From: Leptogorgia sarmentosa
Lineage: Eukaryota
DNA length: 64,000 nucleotides
NCBI GenBank assembly: GCA_964658305.1
Contig: OZ210886.1
Span: forward strand, 186,001 to 250,000
Reading direction: 5' to 3'
The translations under genes and the position numbers were made by a program. Shown piece by piece: positions 11,350 to 25,227 of this stretch (its first letter is position 1; the number at the start of each line of letters is the position of its first letter). Under the pieces are notes generated by a model. It was not told the DNA's origin. It was given only the letters and a program-made list of their open reading frames with translations, and made no database searches.

Positions 11350-13454
11350 ATGTTTGAAGAAGCTGAATTTCATCAAGCAATAGAAGAACTAAACTGTCCA
11401 AAACTAGAGGACTGGGAATTCTTTGTTGAAACCTCTCCTGAAGGAGTTCATTGTAAAATATATCGACAATATGATGAGGTATGTTGCAATGAATGCACTC
11501 TAGTTACATTATTTTTTACCACTTTTGCAGTGGTATAATGTAGCAAGATGTGGCCCTTGAACATGTTTTGTTTTGGGAATCCTTTGATTTCTAATAAAAT
11601 ATACTATTTTCTTTCATTTGGGAGGGTGAGGGATGCCTCTGATTCCCTCTGAGTTCCTAATCCTTGTGGTCCTCACTATAATTTGTGACCTAGCTTAGCG
11701 AGGATTATGCTGTTACAGCATAAATTGCTGTTAATTTACTAAATTGTTTCTCAAACAATATTGTTGATTGATTTAGGCTTCTGGTCTATATTCCTATAAG
11801 ATGTATGGTACCTTAGAATGCCCCCCTGAAATATGCTATAAAGTTTATATAGATCTGGAATACAGGAAAAAGTGGGACGATTATGTGAAAGGTTTGCATA
11901 CTAATAAACTAACAAGTACTGCATGGTGCTGCTCACTTGTGGTGATATAATATAAATTTGCATAAAAAAACCTATGGAATAATTATATACTGTAAATATT
12001 ACAACAAATGTAAATTTTTAGAAACTAAGTTTGAAAATGACTATCCTTCATGGGCTTGGATAGCATTATCTGGTCATCAGTTATGGAATTAGGCCTGGCA
12101 ATACAATCCTTCCACTAAGACTTCTGGCCATGCAGTGCCATTTCATCCATACCTGTTACTATTATTGGGTACAAAATCCACACAGCTCATAGTAGAGGTT
12201 GCAGAGGGAGATGACCACCTGCCACCCCCCCCCCCCCCCCCGCCCGCCCCTTAGCTTACATGAAAAATTTGTGGATCCACAATTGCCTCTACAAGTTCAC
12301 GGAGTTCATTTGACGTTTAATCCTGGAAATTGTAACCACATATTAAATGAGTTTGCATGGCGTTGTTGGTTTCAGTTACTTTATGTTTTACTTACGTTAC
12401 ACCATGCCAAACAATTATTTTTTTTATTTTTTAGAATTATACGAATTTTCAGAAGAGGAAAATGGTTCTGCGGTCAAAGGAATATATTGGAATGTTAATT
12501 TCCCGTTTCCTCTCTCTAATCGTGATGTATCCTCGAATAGTTGATGGTAGTCTTTGAATTCTGTGAATGCAGGTTATTCTGACCGTCAATCTTGGACGTC
12601 GAATTTGTCGAGTTTGGAAGGCCGTTGTTTACAACTTCATGTTTCTGCTAGAGTTTCTGGTCATTCTCAGCTTACCAAAGCTGACTAGTCAGACTAGACC
12701 ACTCAAGGTCGTGTTTAAAAATTGTACAGCGGATTATATGGGTTCTTTATTCCTTAACTATTTATTTGATGTATAGTATACATTTGTAAGAGATTCTAGG
12801 AAATTGGAGGTTAATGAAATACAGACGTATGCTGTGCTTGGCAAAAGTCGTCCATTCAGTTCTCGGAAAGAAGTCAGCGGAGTAGTACGTGTTTCAGATT
12901 TTACTCAGAGTTTGGTTTTGCAACCTGATGATAACAATAACACGAAAGGTATGGAGAAACCGTGATTCTACGTTCACAGTAATAGCTCGGTGGCTTTTTT
13001 TCATGGCTAAATATGTTCACTGTATAATGGTTATATTTCAGAATCTCGTATTGTTTATTTAGCGTATATGTATTATTTTGATAATCCTGGTGGTATGATT
13101 CCAACGTGGTTAATTAACTGGGCTGCTAAGGTAAAGAACCATAGTAAATAACCAGTAGCTAAATTCTTGTACGAGTGTCTTGGAAAATGCAAACTTTTTA
13201 CGTATTTGTATGCACATGCCTTGTTCTGGTGATAAGATAGATAAATAAAGTAATAAGAACGAATTCAAAAGTTTTTATACACATTAGTATATCAACACAG
13301 TTTAAGATGCACAAAACGTAATTTTAATAATTCAACTTTTACTAAAAAATAATTTCATTTTGTTTTGCAGACAGGTGTGCCAAGGTTTGCTGGAAATATG
13401 AGAAAAGCTTGTTTGGGTTATGAGGATTTTCTGCAAAAGAAAGGGAAAAAATGA
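11350..13454 (+). CDS. PCTP: Phosphatidylcholine transfer protein (START domain, STARD2)
   Basis: Exons 11350-11478, 11777-11891, 12435-12526, 12777-12948, 13063-13130 and 13371-13454. They give MFEEAEFHQAIEEL..DWEFFVET..SGLYSYKMYGTL..DLEYRKKWDDYVKELY..YWNVNFPFPLSNRDYTFVR..SGVVRV..YMYYFDNPGGMIPTWLINWAAKTGVP..KACLGY..*, collinear with PCTP. Confidence 0.93.
12527..12776 (+). other. U12-type (minor spliceosome) GT-AG intron in PCTP
   Basis: 5' splice site GTATCCT at 12527. Branch point TTCCTTAAC at 12750-12758, 18 nt before the AG at 12775-12776. No polypyrimidine tract. Splicing restores the conserved SNRD|Y. Confidence 0.82.
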
Positions 13455-13648
13455 ACTTATTGTTTGACGTACTTGACTAGAAGCCTAGAATTCTACTACA
13501 CACAGGACACTATGTACTTCAAGTATATAAATATGATTGCTTTGTATTCACGCGCGAATTGCATACGACCCACACTTGTGTGCAAGTGCAATGGAGCAAA
13601 ACCATAATTAAATGAAAAGGACTTGGTAAAGTAGATACAAGGTCAGAA

Positions 13649-13823
13649 CAGGGACGGCGGAAGATGTTCTCGAGCGTGGGGGCGAGTTCGTTCAGCATTC
13701 CAAGGGAAATAGGGATAGATTCCAAGGGATCAATCAAGACATTTTGTGGGGGCGAAAATCATGTCTTGCCCCCACCAGTAAATATTCGTGGGGGCGGTCG
13801 CCCCTACGGTACCGCCGCTCTTG
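13649..13823. mobile_element. Degenerate hAT-type MITE
   Basis: Termini cagggacggcgg / ccgccgctcttg. The flanks ggtcagaa and gctcacaa match at 6 of 8 positions, consistent with a decayed 8-bp TSD. Internal tgggggcg repeats. Confidence 0.5.
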
Positions 13824-14150
13824 GCTCACAATGATATAAATACTTTTGTCGATTTATAATACACAGTTCTTGTCTTTTTTCGAGATCCGTGCAATAAGCA
13901 ATGTAAACAATTGTGTAGCAATCATTTGGTGGATCCACTGGTAGGTGCCCCGTGGGCGGATCCAGAATCAACCTCGTTCCCAGGGATCTCGGATATTTAA
14001 AACATGGATGGATAATGAAGTATTACGGTTGTTGGATAACGATACCGCTAGGTAGAAGCGAATGCGGGCACGTACAAAACTTTTGGACCGTTGTCTCCAG
14101 AAAAGTCGCAAGACGAAGATTGACGAAGTTCTGTTCAAAATTCGTTTAGT

Positions 14151-17100
14151 ATGTTTACATCGGGTCACCGAACGGCAAATTTAAAAAATAGGAGTAAAAG
14201 AAAGTGGACCAGGTAAATATCTATTGAAACTGCTCATTCACAGTGATAATAGAGCCATGAGAAATAAAAATATTTTAATTAATTACCATCCATAATAAAA
14301 CTGACACCTAGTTTAGCTGTGGTTGGCGATCAGATCTGTGAATAATAATTGTTTGGAGGATATATTTCTTATAGCTTCAGAATTTTATTAAAATTTTTGA
14401 AAATTTGTCTTGTCAAGTTCCTTCCAAGTATTTTGAATGAAATAATTGTAGCAATTTGATTGGTTTACAAATCAAACATACTAAATACAGTTTATATCGT
14501 CTGAACAGTGTCATACTGTATCACAATTCATGGAATTTTAGTGAAAATGAAAGAAAAAGCGAAGCCTAACATTTAGGACTGCTCACATATACGTGGTAAC
14601 ATGCTGCCCAACACATTGTCAGACATAGATGAGCAAGATGCCGTATTGAGCATTAAGTTGCTTGTGTCAGTCAGAACCTTTGTATGTTTGTTGCACATTG
14701 CATCTTCAAATGATAAAGCTGACCTATTTGCCCACTCCATAAAGAGTTCACATATGGCTACAAGATGGGCTTCAAGTTTTAATTGCCTCCAGAATTTGAG
14801 CTGCAGTTGTTGTATACAATATAGCAACCATATACTGGGTAGTTGACAGAAATCTGAGATTGCACCAAACCAAAAACCATTATTCTCTCACTCCGGCTGT
14901 GAAGAATGTATAACATTGTTCCAAGCCTTTTTCAACACAAGTAAAATTTGCTTGCTTTTTGAACAATACATGTAGTTTTCCACAGTTGACTTGAGTACTT
15001 GATAGCCTAGTTTGCATGATATGTATACTGAATCCAATGACATTGCAGTTTATATTCTATGATTTTATTTCTTTATGCAGTAATGAAAGTTTAGGTGGAG
15101 AAGAGCAAGAGATTGTTGAGACTGATATTTTACAGGTATTCAAAGCATTCAAAACCATTCATACTGGAAATTAAGATGTTATGATAGTCCTGTATTCAAG
15201 AAATGACCGATTGTACTGACACAGGTCCTTCCCTCAAAATGTAGTAGGTAGTTTTGTTCAGGTAGTTGTTTGTCTTGACAGATTACCAAAAATGTTGCAA
15301 CATTGTTTTTTGTTGCAACATTGTTTTTTGCATACATGTTTTTATTTTTGAATAGACACCAGAACATAAAAGAGCACGAAGGGAGCCCTATAATCAAGGT
15401 AAAATAAAGTACAGTGTAATAGATCACTGTAGTAAGAGATATTGTGCCATTTAAAGTTATAAAGCTGATCATTGATGGTTTTGATGGTTGAGGCATTTTA
15501 GGATTATTATCCTAGCGATGTCAGAGGTTTGTGAACTACGTACAGCACTCACTTACAGACACTTTTGGTTGGTATTTTAATTTACTTCCAAACATTTCTC
15601 ATAGAAGTGACTGAAGCGTACTCGCCACTTGGAAGAGTTGCGTCGTGGGTAAAAGAAACAGCGAGGAAAACTGTGCGAATATTTACGTCCTTTCGAGACA
15701 GGTTTTGGCGAGATGATGAATTAGAAGAAAACGAGATATGTCCGTCAACCTATGAACAAACAGATATGCGAAAACATAGACAATTAGCCAAGGTAACTAC
15801 AGTGAATGATGTGAGCTTCAATGTGTATCAGCAAGATCCTGCAGAAGTACGTATGTAGTGCAGCTCCAAGTTGAACGTGCGGAGTTTGTGATTGTACAAA
15901 TTTGAGCTAGTCTTTTTTCGTTGGTTTAAATCAAACTAAATATATTGTTTAGTGATAACAATGTCGTCTCGTTTCTTAAGTTGGTTAATATATTGTAATA
16001 AGGTTTAGATCGGCTACCACGACGATTATCATTATTAAGGCACCATTAATCAAATTCTGGCTGTGCACAGGCTACTAGTATGACCAAAGTTCCATTTTCT
16101 TGTTAGGGTGAACTTCGTGTAACACAAGTACAAGATGAAGAAACACCGGGTCCTTCACGGTGGAGACAAAAACCAGACCAAAATGTTTCTCATTATCGAC
16201 ATTATAAAGCCAGCACCTCTACAAGGGCGCCATATAATCCTCTAAAATATAGTAATAATACAACAACCACAACCGATGAACTCTACAGACCTTCGTCCTC
16301 ATCACGGCTGAGAGAAGACCAGTCTCGAAGTAAGAAGTAGAGATATTTATATACTTCGTTTAGCAGTATATTTCTAAATTTATTTTATTACAGGGTCAAA
16401 TAGCGAGGCATCTGTCAGAATGACTGAGACCAGGGAAATGAAACCAAAGCCACCTCGAAACGTAACGGCATTTAATATTAAACGAAATCCAACCACTGTA
16501 GATAATGTAAGTACTCTGACTATCTTGTATTGCCTGATTTATTGAACGTTTCAAGCCCAGGATCACCGCATCATGAAGCGAGTATAGAACTTGGTATGGG
16601 CGAACTTCCAAGAAGAATCCTTAAAAACTCTAAAATTCCCAATAGCGAGAAGCTTCACCTGTACAACACAATGTCTATCTGCTTGTACATTTATTTCCTC
16701 TTTTTGATCATGTATTTTTTGATCATTGATCATGTAGGTGGTGCGGTTGCAAGAGCGAGAACAGTACATGAAATTACTTGCACACTATACGTCCTTTACT
16801 CAAACAAACTATGGTAATGTTAGAAAACCTATTGTGGTAGAAGATGAAGATGAAAAGAAGGCAGTTGTCTCGTCGAGACGGTACTGGCTTACAATACAAT
16901 ACTTTAATAAAGTAAAACCGTACTTCACTCTCACACACGTCATGTTCTACAACAAAACCTAGTGTATATTTACTCAAATAAGTAGTCCGTGTTTGAGTAA
17001 ACTGTACGTGTTTATTTGATTAATTACAATTTTCAGAAAATTGAAACCTGGACATTCAGTTCTGTCGTCTGAGTCGCGTACTCCAAAGGTGCCAACTGGT

Positions 17101-20100
17101 CAAAAGGAATTCCGTCAACCTGCAGCGGTCAAGGTTCAAGCATCTCCCTTAACTGTATCTTCTGGTGCAGCAGAAATCCCGAGAGTCGTGGCGGCAGGTA
17201 CTTCGAAAGGTTTGTAAATTTTTAAATAATTCATGCATGGTCATTTGTGCAATTTTAAATGGAGTTTTCTAATTAAGTTGCTTTTTCCTCTGTTCGCCCG
17301 GTTGAACAAAGGCTTAATGTCATGTGAAGATTTTGGATGGATAATAACCCATGGCAATACACCTTTTCAATAATTATATACGAATATACCTTGGGTGCAA
17401 CTTTTTACCAACATTGTGCACATGAAAAAGCAGCAGCAATCATGATCTCACAACTAAAAACGTTTTACCTTTCGTACTAACTGTTTGAATTGATTGCAGG
17501 GATTCTTGATTTGCAACCAAATAACCGGCCGAATAACCGAAGGTATGCTTTGATAAAAAAATATATCTTTAGTCATAATGTTTCCAGAAGACTTTTACAG
17601 TATTATTTCCTAATCGTTTTCTATTTAAAAGGAGAATTTATCGGACAAATCACAAATAACAAAAGGCAAATACCTGTACCAAATACGATGCAAAAGCTGG
17701 TCATTGTATTTTTGAATTCACAAGCTCATACTGTTTCATTTGTTTTCATATCATTTTCTGCTGCCTAGTTTGGCTACATATTGAAGTTTATTATATTATT
17801 ACTAGGTCCTTTGATTTATTAGATGACAGTTGGATTAAAAAATGGTAAGGAAATGTCACAAGTGTATGTCCTGTTACAAAAAGTAAGTTGCTGTATGATT
17901 TTCGTCCTCTATCGTTGACTATAGGAAAGAAACGCTAAGTACAGATTACCTTGAACAACAAAGAAAAATTGCGAAGGAAAAACTAAAACTTGAAGCAATA
18001 CGTAAAGAGGTATAATAGTCAAATTATTATACCTTATTCTTGGTAAATACTCGATCAATGTTCAGTCATTAATTCTTGTAATATTTTTTCATAATAATTG
18101 TGTAGAAAGATGACTTGGAACTCGTATCACAGCAGGTATATTTCCACGTTGCAATTTATAAAGTCGTAGAATTTCTGCCTTTTTTCATTTACAGTATATA
18201 TTTGTATTTTGGCCAGAAAATTACTTATTTATACATTGTACTTCATTAATTATTTATACGTTGTACATACATCCATGAAAAGAGGTACATGATTGTATGT
18301 CCTTAGGTTAAGGAAAGAATGCAGGGAAAACGAGAGGAAATTTCCGAGATCGAGAAAGAGGTAAGCTTCGTGTTGTAGATTATCATTATTTTAACGATAA
18401 AAACAGCTGAGAGAATTTGTTAAATTTAAGACTTGAAACTGGAAAATTTTTCAACACGACGTGTCTTCAGAATTAATACATGCAGGATTTTCTACGATTG
18501 TGAGACATGTACATGTATGTTCCCCATGATGAGATGATAAATGATAGAGAACGTGCATGAGTGATGGAGAGAATATTGATGGTAGATACATATTGTCCAG
18601 TAGACTAAAATGACTAAAATGCACAAATTCATTTTGAGATTTATACCATATTTTTAAGGTCGACGCTTTCCAAGAACTCACTGATGAAATGAATGCTGTT
18701 GTAAGTCTCATATTTTATAGTTATAAAAAGCCACTGGCCCTTTTCCTAACCAATGGTTTATTTGTTCGTCGGAATGATTTGGCTGACAATAAACATGTTA
18801 TATCTGAAAAGGTCTTTCTTTTTCAAGGTATTTAACGTTGTAATCTTTTTCGCTTTAGATTGACAAAGCTCTTGGCCATGGTGCTCCAAACGAACTTCTT
18901 ATCGAGTTACCCATCGGGCGTATAACCAGAGGGGATATAGTCACATTGCGACCACAAACGTGGCTTAATGACGAAGTTGTTAATGCTTACTTCCACATGA
19001 TAGTTGAACGCAGCAAAAACTCTGGGCCCAAAGTTCATGCATTTAACACTTTTTTTTACCCGAAACTCATGAAAACTGGCCATGCTAGTGTGCGACGTTG
19101 GACGAAGAAAGTTGATTTGTTCGCAATGGATATAGTTCTAATTCCAGTTCATCTTGGTATGCATTGGTGCTTAGCGGTAAGGATGCTTGTAGTTTTAGAT
19201 TTTCTAAATTATATGACATTTTCTTTATTATTTCTATCATTTATTGTTAGTTGTTGAGAAAGGTAATGTCTCTCTTACCACTGTGGTCCCTCTCCACCCC
19301 CGAAGGGCAAACGCCATCCCACATTTCGGATTTCCATCTTCGTTACAAATGGCTATTTGTACACGAGTTTTTCCTAGTTTTTTTTTTCAGTTTTCCTTGT
19401 TGTAAGAATTTGTTTTGTTCTGTTTTAGGTTATTGACGTCAAGCGAAAGACATTTACTTACTATGATTCATTAAAAGGGGATAATCCCGGATGCATTCAA
19501 GCTATGCGGTGACTATTTCTTAATATAGCCTTCTTTTTCGTAACAGGTTGTTTTTACTGATTACAGATTATACTATTATTACGAAGCTTACGTAAGCGAC
19601 GTTTTTAACAACATGGCGGTAGTCAGTCTTGTTTAATTGTTTAAAATCATAAACGTGGAACTTCATTGACTGTAATTATTCTCCATTTCAAACAAGAACG
19701 ACGTTGCACACCATCAAGGGCTTGATTCGCGGTGCATGTTGATCCATATTGATCCATGTTGGTCCATGTTGATCCATATTGTCAAGAACTGCTTAATAAG
19801 CCTTCTATTGTATGTTACAGTGATTATATCTGCGCTGAAAGTCTGGACAAGAAGAAAACAAATCTTGACCTAACTGGCTGGAAAAATGACAGCCCCAAGG
19901 TAACTTTCCTTCTTTTAAAACCGTACGAATTTTAAAGTAATGTACAGGGAAAATTACTCAGAACTATATCGTTTGAACGAACAGATTGAAACAATGATAT
20001 TTTCTTTACTAGAATATACCAGAACAGTTAAATGGATGCGACTGTGGAGTTTTTGCTTGCAAGGTAAGTCTGGTAAACGGAGATTTCATGAGGTCGCGTT

Positions 20101-20466
20101 TTCAGTTGGTCCCCCTCGTATGATCATTTTTCAGTATATTGCCGCCTTAGCAATTAGACAGTTTGTGCAAGAGAAAGGAAGATGAAACATTGCGTTTGAA
20201 GGTTCTAAAAGTTTTCTCACTTTAGTATGCTGAATACGTATCAAGGCGAACAGGATTTAATTTCACGCAGGTAAATTCCTCAAGGAAAAATTTGCAAAAT
20301 GGCCCCGTTTTGTTGTTGTACTCTATCGTTCTATATCGATATATTAATGTTTTTGTGCATTTTTCGTGCAGCCTGTTACAAAGTTGTCTATTCTCTTGTG
20401 TAGCATCATATGCCTTACTTCCGCCGCAGAATGGTATACGAAATATTAAAAAAGAAATTACTCTAG
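14151..20466 (+). CDS. Sentrin/SUMO-specific protease, SENP1/SENP2-like (Ulp1/C48 family), 20 coding exons
   Basis: Phase-consistent exons from 14151-14212 through 20404-20466. The catalytic domain reads [88 protein letters not shown], with the His-Asp-Cys triad intact. The N-terminal exons were inferred from splice phase only. Confidence 0.92.
19735..19781. repeat. 10-bp unit minisatellite (catgttgatc, ~4.5 copies) in a SENP intron
   Basis: catgttgatc catattgatc catgttggtc catgttgatc catattg. Confidence 0.8.
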
Positions 20467-21497
20467 TTCATATATTTGTGTCCATGCAATAAACATGCGC
20501 TACAGGCAGTTAGCCCGTTGCAAACCGCTATTAGGAATAATGCTATGTCCGAAACGAAATCATCCAGGTCATAGGTGTATGGCGTCCTCCCCACTCCCTT
20601 TCTTCCATCATTAAGATCAGATATTGTGTCATACCATCATACGCATAATTGCATGTTCAGATCAGAAACATTGTTTGGAAATTTTTGGATTTAATATATT
20701 GTATAGTTTCGAAATATTCCTTACCTCAACAATCGAAAAATTACGTCGAGGAAGGGGTAAAAATAGCCCATGTTAATAAATTTACGTAGCGTTATTCGTG
20801 CCCCGTAAATGCTTGTGTTCCTGGATTGACTTCGTCTTATTTAAACAGGCCTTAGTTGCCTACGGTATCAGAACAATGTTATAAGCATGAAAAAGACGAA
20901 AACGTTCCTACATTTTCTGAAAAAATAATCGTTATTTGGAGACTATCAATTGCTAGGGCGAGTAGGCTACTTCAATGTATGTTACAGAAGAAAGTGTAAT
21001 GCATGTTCTCTTATGGTTGACAGCTATTTATTGTATGCTCTAATGCTCACCGCCATCTTGTGTAAACCATCGTATCATACTTGCATTTGCGCTACATTCA
21101 TATTCAAATGTACATAATGGTACTCCCAAAATATTAACTCGGAAAAATGCTAATAAATTATTTTATCTGTACGAGTATTGTATCTATTGTAACAAATTTA
21201 AAGATGTTTTCTCGCACTTGTTCAAAATTGAAATCTACGAAATTGGATTAGGTGGGTAATCGAAGTGAGTGGAACATGTACTAAACCCAATGTATCTATA
21301 ATCGATTTCTTTTCTTCATTTGCTCCAACAATTCTTTATATTCGAACATAATTTTTCAAAACACCAACTTTGCTTTTCCAACCTACAGTTTAGCTGCTTT
21401 GGAAAATTGTGCCTTATTGATGAAGACTTTATTAGGTAGGCCTAAATGATTGCAAAGGATTTTGAATTGCTCAGCTAAAGTATCATCGTCTCCCACG

Positions 21498-22332
21498 CTA
21501 TTTCGATGCAACAAAATCTTTCCAAGATCTTTGAATGATTTCCGTTTCTTCGTCATCAAACTCATGAACTTCAATTTCTTTTTCTGGTTTCAAACGCTTT
21601 AATCTTGCTTGTTTTTCTTCCTCTGTGAGACTGTTAGGATCTACTGGGAGACGAATGAGCGGTCGAGGCTCGTGATAGCGCATGCTGTAGCTTGATCCAT
21701 CTGCCTGCTGTATGCGTACTTTGTACACACGTGGATATATGCTCTTTTTTGTTCTTGTAATTGTGGTTGAACAACTAAATGAAATGATATCATTTTTACC
21801 CCAGTTGCCATTTATATGTTGATAAACAAACTGGTGGTAAGGTTGCTCAAAATAGTTCAAATTCTCATGCTGTTTCATACTTTCATATATAGCTATAACA
21901 AGGTAGGATATTACAGATCAAAACTGCTTGGGCAATCAATATGTATAAGCAACTTAGCTTAAAGAAACGACATAGTCATACCTGTCACAATTTGTTTATA
22001 AGTGTGAGTCAAGTTTCAACATACCTTCGAAATGAAGACCACTGGGAAGCAGATGGCTAAAAAAACAATATCCATTTCTCAGGGAATCACATGAGAAAAT
22101 TTCACACTCGTTTAAAAGTTTTATGATTCAATATATTGTTTACACACCCTCCACATCAACTGATCAAGGGAAGATTGCTGCTCATTGTGTTTACAAACTT
22201 ATAATACTTTGGATGTGTACTGTTAACTGTTTGATCTAAATTATCCTTCATACATAAATTATTCACCTGTAAAGCAATACATCTACAGTTGCATATGCAA
22301 GTCCTGATGTGGCATATTTTTGAGGATAACAT
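21498..22332 (-). CDS. MRPL55: Mitochondrial ribosomal protein L55 (bL31m)
   Basis: Exons 22332-22267 (MLSSKICHIRTCICNCRCIALQ, transit-peptide-like), 22056-22025 (PSASQWSSFR) and 21774-21498 (CSTTITRTKKSIYPRVYKVRIQQADGSSYSMRYHEPRPLIRLPVDPNSLTEEEKQARLKRLKP...). The YxRxY..DGS...RY.EPR..LP.D...L..EE..ARL signature is present. Confidence 0.9.
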
Positions 22333-22728
22333 ATTTGCCAACCTGAAATCGAGAGTAACTCAATTTGTGACTTCAATTACTCGTCTACCATGAATAAATT
22401 AATAAAATGTATGAAATATACCAGGGACTTTTCCTGACGAAATATTCACAAGATTGCCAACTAAAGTGCCAAATACTTCTTTAAAATACGAATATTCACA
22501 AAATTATGATACTGGTACTTAATAAAACTGGCTATTACGTCTTCATCCTGTTCGTTCTTTCTATTTCTTCTTTTTCACATTTTGTATGTGAGCCCGACAT
22601 CGTTGTTGTCAGTCACAAGTGGCAAATACTTTAAGTAATTTAACTATTTTGGGCCAAGCTACTAGCTTTCCGAAATCAGAGGTTATGAGACTATGTGACA
22701 GCGCTCTGCCTTGAGGAGTAACAATCCG

Positions 22729-23532
22729 CATAGATAGAGTATAAAAAAATTTAAAAGTAGACTAGGGACATTGGTTCTTGAGAGTGCATTGATACTAGAC
22801 TTGTTCAATCAGCATGCTCAATCAGCATCTTGAAAAGTTGAAACGTTGAGGGCCTTGAGCCTCCCAAAACGTTTGTAGCCAGATCCGACAAAAATACCGC
22901 AATCCACGCATCGGAAGTGTTTTGTTTTAGTCTCCAACCCATAACTTTGTCCTCAAAAGGATTAGTCAGAGTGGTACACTTGGGTTAGGACTAATAAGGT
23001 TTTAGGCTCAGGATTAGAGATTAAATTTAGGGATTGTTTAGTAGTTTTGATCTCCTGCTTTCCCCTCCCAGTTTTCACAAATGCCTGAGGTAAGGCAAAG
23101 AAAATTAACAAAAAGGAACGCAGATATAATAAACTCAGATGCAATTATTTTAAATCTCATTCCAAAGATAGATCGTGAAAGATAGAGTTAGGAAAAGGGT
23201 TAGGGCTGAGGCCGCTGGAATCAAGGCGAACAATTGAATTTCGATTGACAAATACTCAATTTCAGTGTGTAATTCCATTGAAAGTATGTCAGTCGATAAA
23301 GGATCATTCATGATCTTCGTAAGATTTATAATTCTAAGCCAATCATATTGCTCAAACTTCACGTGTGTGACACAAAGGCACATAGCTGTCATAGCAGGCC
23401 AAGAATAAGCTTCTTTAAATTGAAAATGATTGAAATTTGATTAAAAAGTAACTCCTTTTAGATTGATTTTTCTCAGTTTCAATCGCGCGTATTGATTTAA
23501 TCAGAGACTTTATCTTTACACTCTATCTACTG
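22729..23532. mobile_element. Possible decayed TIR element (CATAGA-type terminus)
   Basis: tagatagagtataaa at 22731 versus tttacactctatcta at ~23515-23529 (14 of 15 inverted match). No convincing TSD. Confidence 0.35.
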
Positions 23533-24411
23533 GTACCGTGGTCAGATAATGAATGATGCGTCTATTTAAAGAATACTATATAGCAGAATTAGCCTTGCAG
23601 GGTTGGTAGACAACGGCTGGGTCATCAACATAAAGTTCACCGAAGCTGGACAAAACTCGTAGTCGAATAGTTATCGAATACCAAATCAATAGAGGAGAGC
23701 ATATGATTTTTTCATATCTGTGTTCCCAGCTATTATGAAGGAAACATGATATAAGACATTCATGTGATCAGTCGAACTGGCTCATCTCATGTCATATCAC
23801 AACACCATGTAATGTTAATTTAACTCAAACATCGGTTAATATATATGTGCCTCGATCTCACCAGTTGACTCTTAGTTTCTTATAGCTCACACTGGCCTGC
23901 TAGTTAAATATGTGATATCAATCGAGCTCAAATCCCGCTCCGGCACTACATTGTGCTTCTGTAGGTACGATATGATTATGGCTCTAACTGTATCGGTGTG
24001 GGTGTTGAATTCATTTCAACATATTTCCTCGCAGTTCATTTGAAACATTTAATATTTCCTGGTATTTCTGGATGGTGAAATTACTTCCGATATTTACAAA
24101 CAATTTGTGCAGCTGGAACTGAACCATTGTGCAACTGATTTGTACATGTCACCATATATGCATGTTTGTGTAGCGGTCGTCACAGCATTTTAGTTGTCAC
24201 AACATTCGAATTTAAATTTGAAACAAAACTACATACATAAGTTAGTGGAAAGTTACAATTAATAGAATGACACAAAATAATGTTCTGTCCTGTATATATT
24301 TTAAGTAGTTAATATAGTTATAGCAACTATAGTTTCAAGTTTTCTTGTATAATTATGTATGGATAATAATAACATCACATAACAGTACTTCTCCGGTAAT
24401 ACACTTTACGT

Positions 24412-24826
24412 CAGGGACGGCCGTGAGAATTTCTTTTGGGGACTGAAAAACGAGAGGAAAATGAACCAGCCTTTTATATGAATTCTAACTACAACTACTT
24501 GCTTCAATCTGCCAAGCATAGAAAATTAAATAAAGAATAACTGAATAAAACGTCTGAAAATTGTTGGGGATGGGGGAGGACTATAGCCCCCTTACAATCT
24601 TGCACAAAACCCTTTAGATCATAGATATTCGTTGGGAGTTTCGAATTCGCATGTGTATTCCCCCCTCCCCCTATTCAATGCTGTTTTGGTGAACACATAC
24701 TGCAGTTATGTGGCTATCCAATACTGTCAACATTGGACCGGGGGATAGGGAGTTACATGGAACTGATCCCATGTTCCCTTGGTCCAAGATTGTAGCTCCC
24801 CTAGCCCCCCGGCTCCGCGGTCCCTG
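24412..24826. mobile_element. MITE with CAGGGAC...GTCCCTG termini and 5-bp TSD
   Basis: TACGT at 24407-24411 and 24827-24831 flanks cagggac...ctccgcggtccctg. Confidence 0.7.
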
Positions 24827-25227
24827 TACGTGATATTTGTCACAAACGAAAACTGATAGTTTCAAATTATCGTGGTATTATTGACCTTCCAGCAGTTTCC
24901 AGTTTGTGAAGAATGTTTTCGACATGTATATCTTGACCTTGCTCCTTGGATTTTGACCATGGAATATCCAAATCTATAAATCTCATGTAAACGAGACACT
25001 CGATACACCCTCACACCCCCTTTTTAAGTAGAGGTTGTTTGGCCTTTTGTTTTGGACTTTCCTTTTAAATCAGTTTAACCTCAAGTAACAACATTAAATA
25101 GAGGAGTAGACGAGAAAGCCTCAAGATGGTACGCACACTAATGACGGGATTGTACTGCTATATAAGCGTGGGCCTGATGCAGGATTTTCGCCTTGAAACC
25201 CTGGAGTCTCTTTTTATAATTCTTCAG

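Noticed and set aside
63..20466. Functional proteostasis cluster (CUL1, DAZAP2, N-glycanase, SENP)
   Set aside because: The genes have mixed orientations and different compartments, and there is no evidence of co-regulation. Adjacency is probably coincidental.
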